In this document: piece by piece, positions 34,351 through 38,005 of the stretch
How the letters are laid out: each line of letters begins with the position of its first letter
How positions within the stretch are numbered: the first letter of the stretch is position 1
Assembly (NCBI RefSeq): GCF_004010195.1
Contig: NC_057755.1
Span: 3,242,581-3,280,585, forward strand
Source: Chiloscyllium plagiosum
Lineage: Eukaryota
DNA: 38,005 nt
Direction of reading: 5' to 3'
Translations under genes and position numbers: made by a program
The notes under the pieces: model-generated
The model's input: only the letters and a program-made list of their open reading frames with translations
Database searches by the model: none
Told to the model about the DNA's origin: nothing

Positions 34351-34394
34351 CATTCCTGATGAAGGGCTTTTGCCCAAAACGTCGATTTTCCTGC
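34351..34394 (+). ncRNA. Hammerhead ribozyme motif with a core mutation (GAAA to AAAA)
   Basis: CATTC-CTGATGA-A-GGGC-TTTT-GCCC-AAAAC-GTC-GATT; G12 is lost, so it is predicted inactive. Confidence 0.65.
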
Positions 34395-36269
34395 TCCTCG
34401 GATGCTGCCTGACCTGTTGTGCTTTTCCAACACCACTCTAATCTTTCTATCTTCATATCAACTTCTTGCAAGAGTACAGCACTGACACCAATATCACTTG
34501 CCTTGGCAGTCCTCTGTCTGCTGAAATTTTCTGCATTTCTTCATTAGTGAGTTAGTGTAGTAACACACTGCTAAAATTTGTTGTGAACTTCCAAAAAAAA
34601 ACCACTCAGTTTCAGGAATGATAGTACTGTCCTCTTCATTGCTGTTATGGGAAACTCCCCAGTAATATTTGTTTTCACATATTGTGGGGCCATCTGTACA
34701 TGTCCGATAACATGGCCCAGGAATTGACTTGGACCTTTGCAAACTCACTTTTGGCCAAGTTTATCATCGAGCCTGCCTCCTGAAGTTGATCTAACAATTC
34801 TGATTGATGCTGCAGATGTTCCTTCCATATTTGACTAAAAATCACCAGGTCGTCAATGTATACATGCAATTGGGTAATCTAGAAATGACTTGGTTGCTAG
34901 TCTTTGAAATGTGGCTGGCACATTTTTCATACCAAATGGCATGACTCTAAATTGGAACAGTCCATTCGGTATCATGAAAGCCGAAATTGTCTCCACTCTT
35001 TCGGCTGAAGTTTTTGGCAGTATCTTCTGAGTAAGTTCAACTTTGAAACATAAGCTACTTGTCCCACCTTCTCCATCCAGCCTTCCAAACATGGAATAGC
35101 TTATGAATCAGNNNNNNNNNNNNNNNNNNNNNNNNNNNNNNNNNNNNNNNNNNNNNNNNNNNNNNNNNNNNNNNNNNNNNNNNNNNNNNNNNNNNNNNNN
35201 NNNNNNNNNNNNNNNNNNNNNNNNNNNNNNNNNNNNNNNNNNNNNNNNNNNNNNNNNNNNNNNNNNNNNNNNNNNNNNNNNNNNNNNNNNNNNNNNNNNN
35301 NNNNNNNNNNNNNNNNNNNNNNNNNNNNNNNNNNNNNNNNNNNNNNNNNNNNNNNNNNNNNNNNNNNNNNNNNNNNNNNNNNNNNNNNNNNNNNNNNNNN
35401 NNNNNNNNNNNNNNNNNNNNNNNNNNNNNNNNNNNNNNNNNNNNNNNNNNNNNNNNNNNNNNNNNNNNNNNNNNNNNNNNNNNNNNNNNNNNNNNNNNNN
35501 NNNNNNNNNNNNNNNNNNNNNNNNNNNNNNNNNNNNNNNNNNNNNNNNNNNNNNNNNNNNNNNNNNNNNNNNNNNNNNNNNNNNNNNNNNNNNNNNNNNN
35601 NNNNNNNNNNNCGATGGTGGTGAGCTGCCTTTTTGAAACGCTGCAGTCCACCTGCTGTGGGTTGACCCACAATGCCATTAAGCATATTTAATGATGACAA
35701 ATAGTAATTCTTCTTAAATATGTAAAACTGGCCCACGTTTTCTGTCAACCTGGCCCAAAAAGACAGGCAAATGGGGAATTTGCTGTACTTTCCAAAACCT
35801 TTTAACTTTTGTGATGGCTCTGGGAACAGCAGGGCCTTCCCTTCAGCGTGCTAACCCAGTGAGGGCTCACAAGCATTTTCTTCTCATTTTGTCTCGAGCG
35901 GGTTAAGTGCGATAAATGGTCTGTTTCTAAAAGATGTCTCAAGGAAACCTGTTTGCTTGTGTCTTGTCGAGTCACGATGTGTCAGCAGTTAAACACTCAT
36001 TGAATTGGTAAGCATATCCTATTGAAAAGAAATAATGCTGCGGTCACACGAGGGCGAGCTGGTTCATGGTTATCTGCAGACAAGGGCTGGTGGGTGGCAC
36101 TGGCTTTGTGGAGAATGAAGAAGGCGATTAGGTTGGGGGAGGGTGCGGTGTTGTAGACATGGTATGGATGGGCTTGCCGTTAAATACAAGTGGAGACCTC
36201 ACTGAAATAGTTTCTGTGGTTACTCACGTTCCAACCTCGACCTACGACCGTGGGTTCCTTTTTATTTAT

Positions 36270-37760
36270 TCTTCCATTGGGTGTTGCTGCCTAAGCCTGC
36301 ATTTGTTTTAAACCACTAGAGAAGGTGGTGGTGAGCTGCTTTCTTGAATCACTGTCGTCCATGTGCTGTAAGTTGACCAACAACTACATTAGGGAGGGAA
36401 TCCCAGGATTTGACCCAGTGACATTGCAGGGACGGCGACAGTAATTCCAAGTCAGGACAGCGGGTAGCTTGGAGAGGAACTTGCAGTGGGGGCGGGGGGG
36501 GGATGTTGTTCCCATGTATCTGCTGTCCGTGTCCATCAAGACGGTAGGGGTCACAGATCCGAAATCTGTTGTCAAAGGGTCCTCGGTGAGTTGCCGCAGT
36601 GCCTCTTGTAGGTGTCCCACTCTGTTACGGGGAAGCGATGAGGAAGGGAGTGCCATTTGAAGCTGTTCGATGACAAGTCTATCAAGCAGGTTTGCTTCAT
36701 CCTGGATGTACACAAGTTGCTTGATGTTATTGAAACCGCAGCCACCCAGGCCAGTGGGGAGTGTTCCATCACACTCCTCACTTTCGGACAGGCCATAGGG
36801 AGTCAGGAGGTAAACTAGTCACCTCTGAATCCCCTACCTCCGACCTCACTTTGTAGTGACAGAATTTATTTGGTTGATCCTGCTCAGGTCCCAGTGGATT
36901 GTAAGTGACAGGTGTCGTGGAGAAAATGTAGAGCATCACCAGGAGACGCAGAGAGTTCTTCAAGAAGTAGGTCTTTTATTTGCAAACAAAAAAACCATGA
37001 CACTGAGAAAGCAGATTCTCAAATGTCCCCGACCCTCATGGTCCATGGATTTTTATTTTTTTAAATCATGTTTCTGTGAGTTTATCAGCATGTCCAACTA
37101 TATTAATCAAAATACCTCACTCTAGCTACACAATAAACCAGTGATGTTAGTTCCCATTACCTCTTTAGTTGTACATTCTACTTAATGTTACTCTAATGTC
37201 ACGGTTAGATATTTATTATCACCTCTGCGACAGTAATCTTCCATTCCAGACTAACCTGTCATGATAGATATTTAGCTATTCCATCTATTACAATAGTCTC
37301 CAGTCTCAAGCTGACTCTGCTAACTATTAATTAGATATTTAACGTCATGTCCCAAATATTTATGGCCCCAATCTTGTCATAATGACACTTAACAGGGAAA
37401 CTAGCTCTACTAACTGTTATCTCATCTCGCCATAGGGACCTTTCAGCCTTAACCTTACTCTGCTCAATTCCACTATTCTTATCCCATCCTGCCTTCCACA
37501 GACCACAGATTGCCAGTGGGCTTCATGCTTTAACCTTTCCCATGCTTTCATGTTCTTTATGTCCCATACAGGATGTTAATTTGCAGCATGAGTCTCCTGG
37601 GGTCAAGTTTCAGGCCCCCAACCCGAGTCTCTAGTAGTAGGAATTAATGTCAGAGATCACATGACACTGCCCTTTGGATGACTGTACTGACCAGGTAAAT
37701 ACAACACAGGTGAGCACTTCCTCAGGGCCTATCGGCGCAGCAGCAAGTGAATGCCCTGTT
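36270..37760 (-). mobile_element. CR1/L2-group LINE (same family as 10440-11152) interrupted by a solo LTR
   Basis: ORF 36572-36796 KVRSVMEHSPLAWVAA; colinear similarity to 10490-11050; a further short piece lies at 35612-35680. Confidence 0.8.
36913..37570 (-). mobile_element. Solo LTR (658 bp)
   Basis: TGT...ACA termini, minus-strand AATAAA about 60 nt from its 3' end, ACAGG on both junctions, and a clean interruption of the LINE. Confidence 0.7.
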
Positions 37761-37799
37761 GTTGCCATCAGAATCGTTTCGTTTGAGTGGGTGTGATAA

Positions 37800-38005
37800 A
37801 GATTCAAAGTCCCAGCAATGAGGGATTTCAATCACATGGAGAGGTTCAGCTGTTCAAAGGCACAGGGGAGAGGGAGAAAATGTTCGCAGTGGCAGAACGG
37901 GTGAGTAAATAAATTGAAGATTTGGTTAAGAAAAAGAAGGAAGCATATGTCAGGTATAGACAGGATAGATCGAGTGAATCCTTAGAAGAGTATAAAGGCA
38001 GGAGG
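37800..38005 (+). mobile_element. CR1 LINE fragments (continue beyond the window end)
   Basis: IEDLVKKKKEAYVRYRQ..SSESLEEYK is a CR1 EN-RT linker-like sequence. Confidence 0.6.

Larger units (their letters stand above)
32788..34441. mobile_element. Penelope-like insertion with oppositely oriented halves and an internal CR1 fragment (about 33560-33858)
   Basis: TSD TCTTTCTATCTTYAT (32773-32787 / 34442-34456); minus half RFREHL...EHFNSPSHS (GIY-YIG C-terminus) plus pLTR; plus half DRTPSVLTFHP...RHFRHLQTDP plus pLTR. Confidence 0.88.
32105..35111 (-). mobile_element. Gypsy LTR retrotransposon 3' part (RT, RNase H, PPT, partial LTR), Gmr1-like layout, interrupted by Penelope and ending at a gap
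   Basis: ISAFMIPNGLFQFRVMPFGMKNVPATFQR, VYIDDLVIFS, RPIGYFSRKL...YSTIEKE...VYTDHN; PPT at 32303-32313 abuts a TG-starting LTR at 32302. Confidence 0.88.

Noticed and set aside
35055..35748. Long ORFs spanning the second gap
   Set aside because: Made of X residues from the N run at 35112-35611.

Overview
Eukaryotic, repeat-dense vertebrate DNA, almost certainly from an elasmobranch (shark), judged from HE1-type V-SINEs and the mix of CR1, Penelope and Gypsy elements; there are two assembly gaps (15310-16013, 35112-35611). The only host gene I can support is a + strand MS4A/CD20-family tetraspan membrane gene. Four phase-0 coding exons (2400-2612, 3800-3913, 21572-21628, 25966-26079) splice into a stop-free 166-aa N-terminus to TM3. 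The TM4 and C-terminal exons were not found. The introns are nested transposon debris. The most striking structure is a decayed Mag-like Gypsy element (11158-16939) in which both LTRs have been hit repeatedly at the same motif (GACACTCCTG|TT) by a Xenopus-Tx1L-like non-LTR retrotransposon. The result is tandem stacks of 5'-truncated copies, with a conserved 3' stem-loop and an apparent 3'-transduced LTR piece, i.e. a candidate LTR-targeting, site-specific retrotransposon. Also present are Penelope elements carrying hammerhead ribozyme motifs, a Gmr1-like Gypsy fragment, solo LTRs, a SINE/LINE pair with a shared tail, and an old ~31-bp satellite split across one intron. All family calls come from motif recognition by eye; no database search was run.
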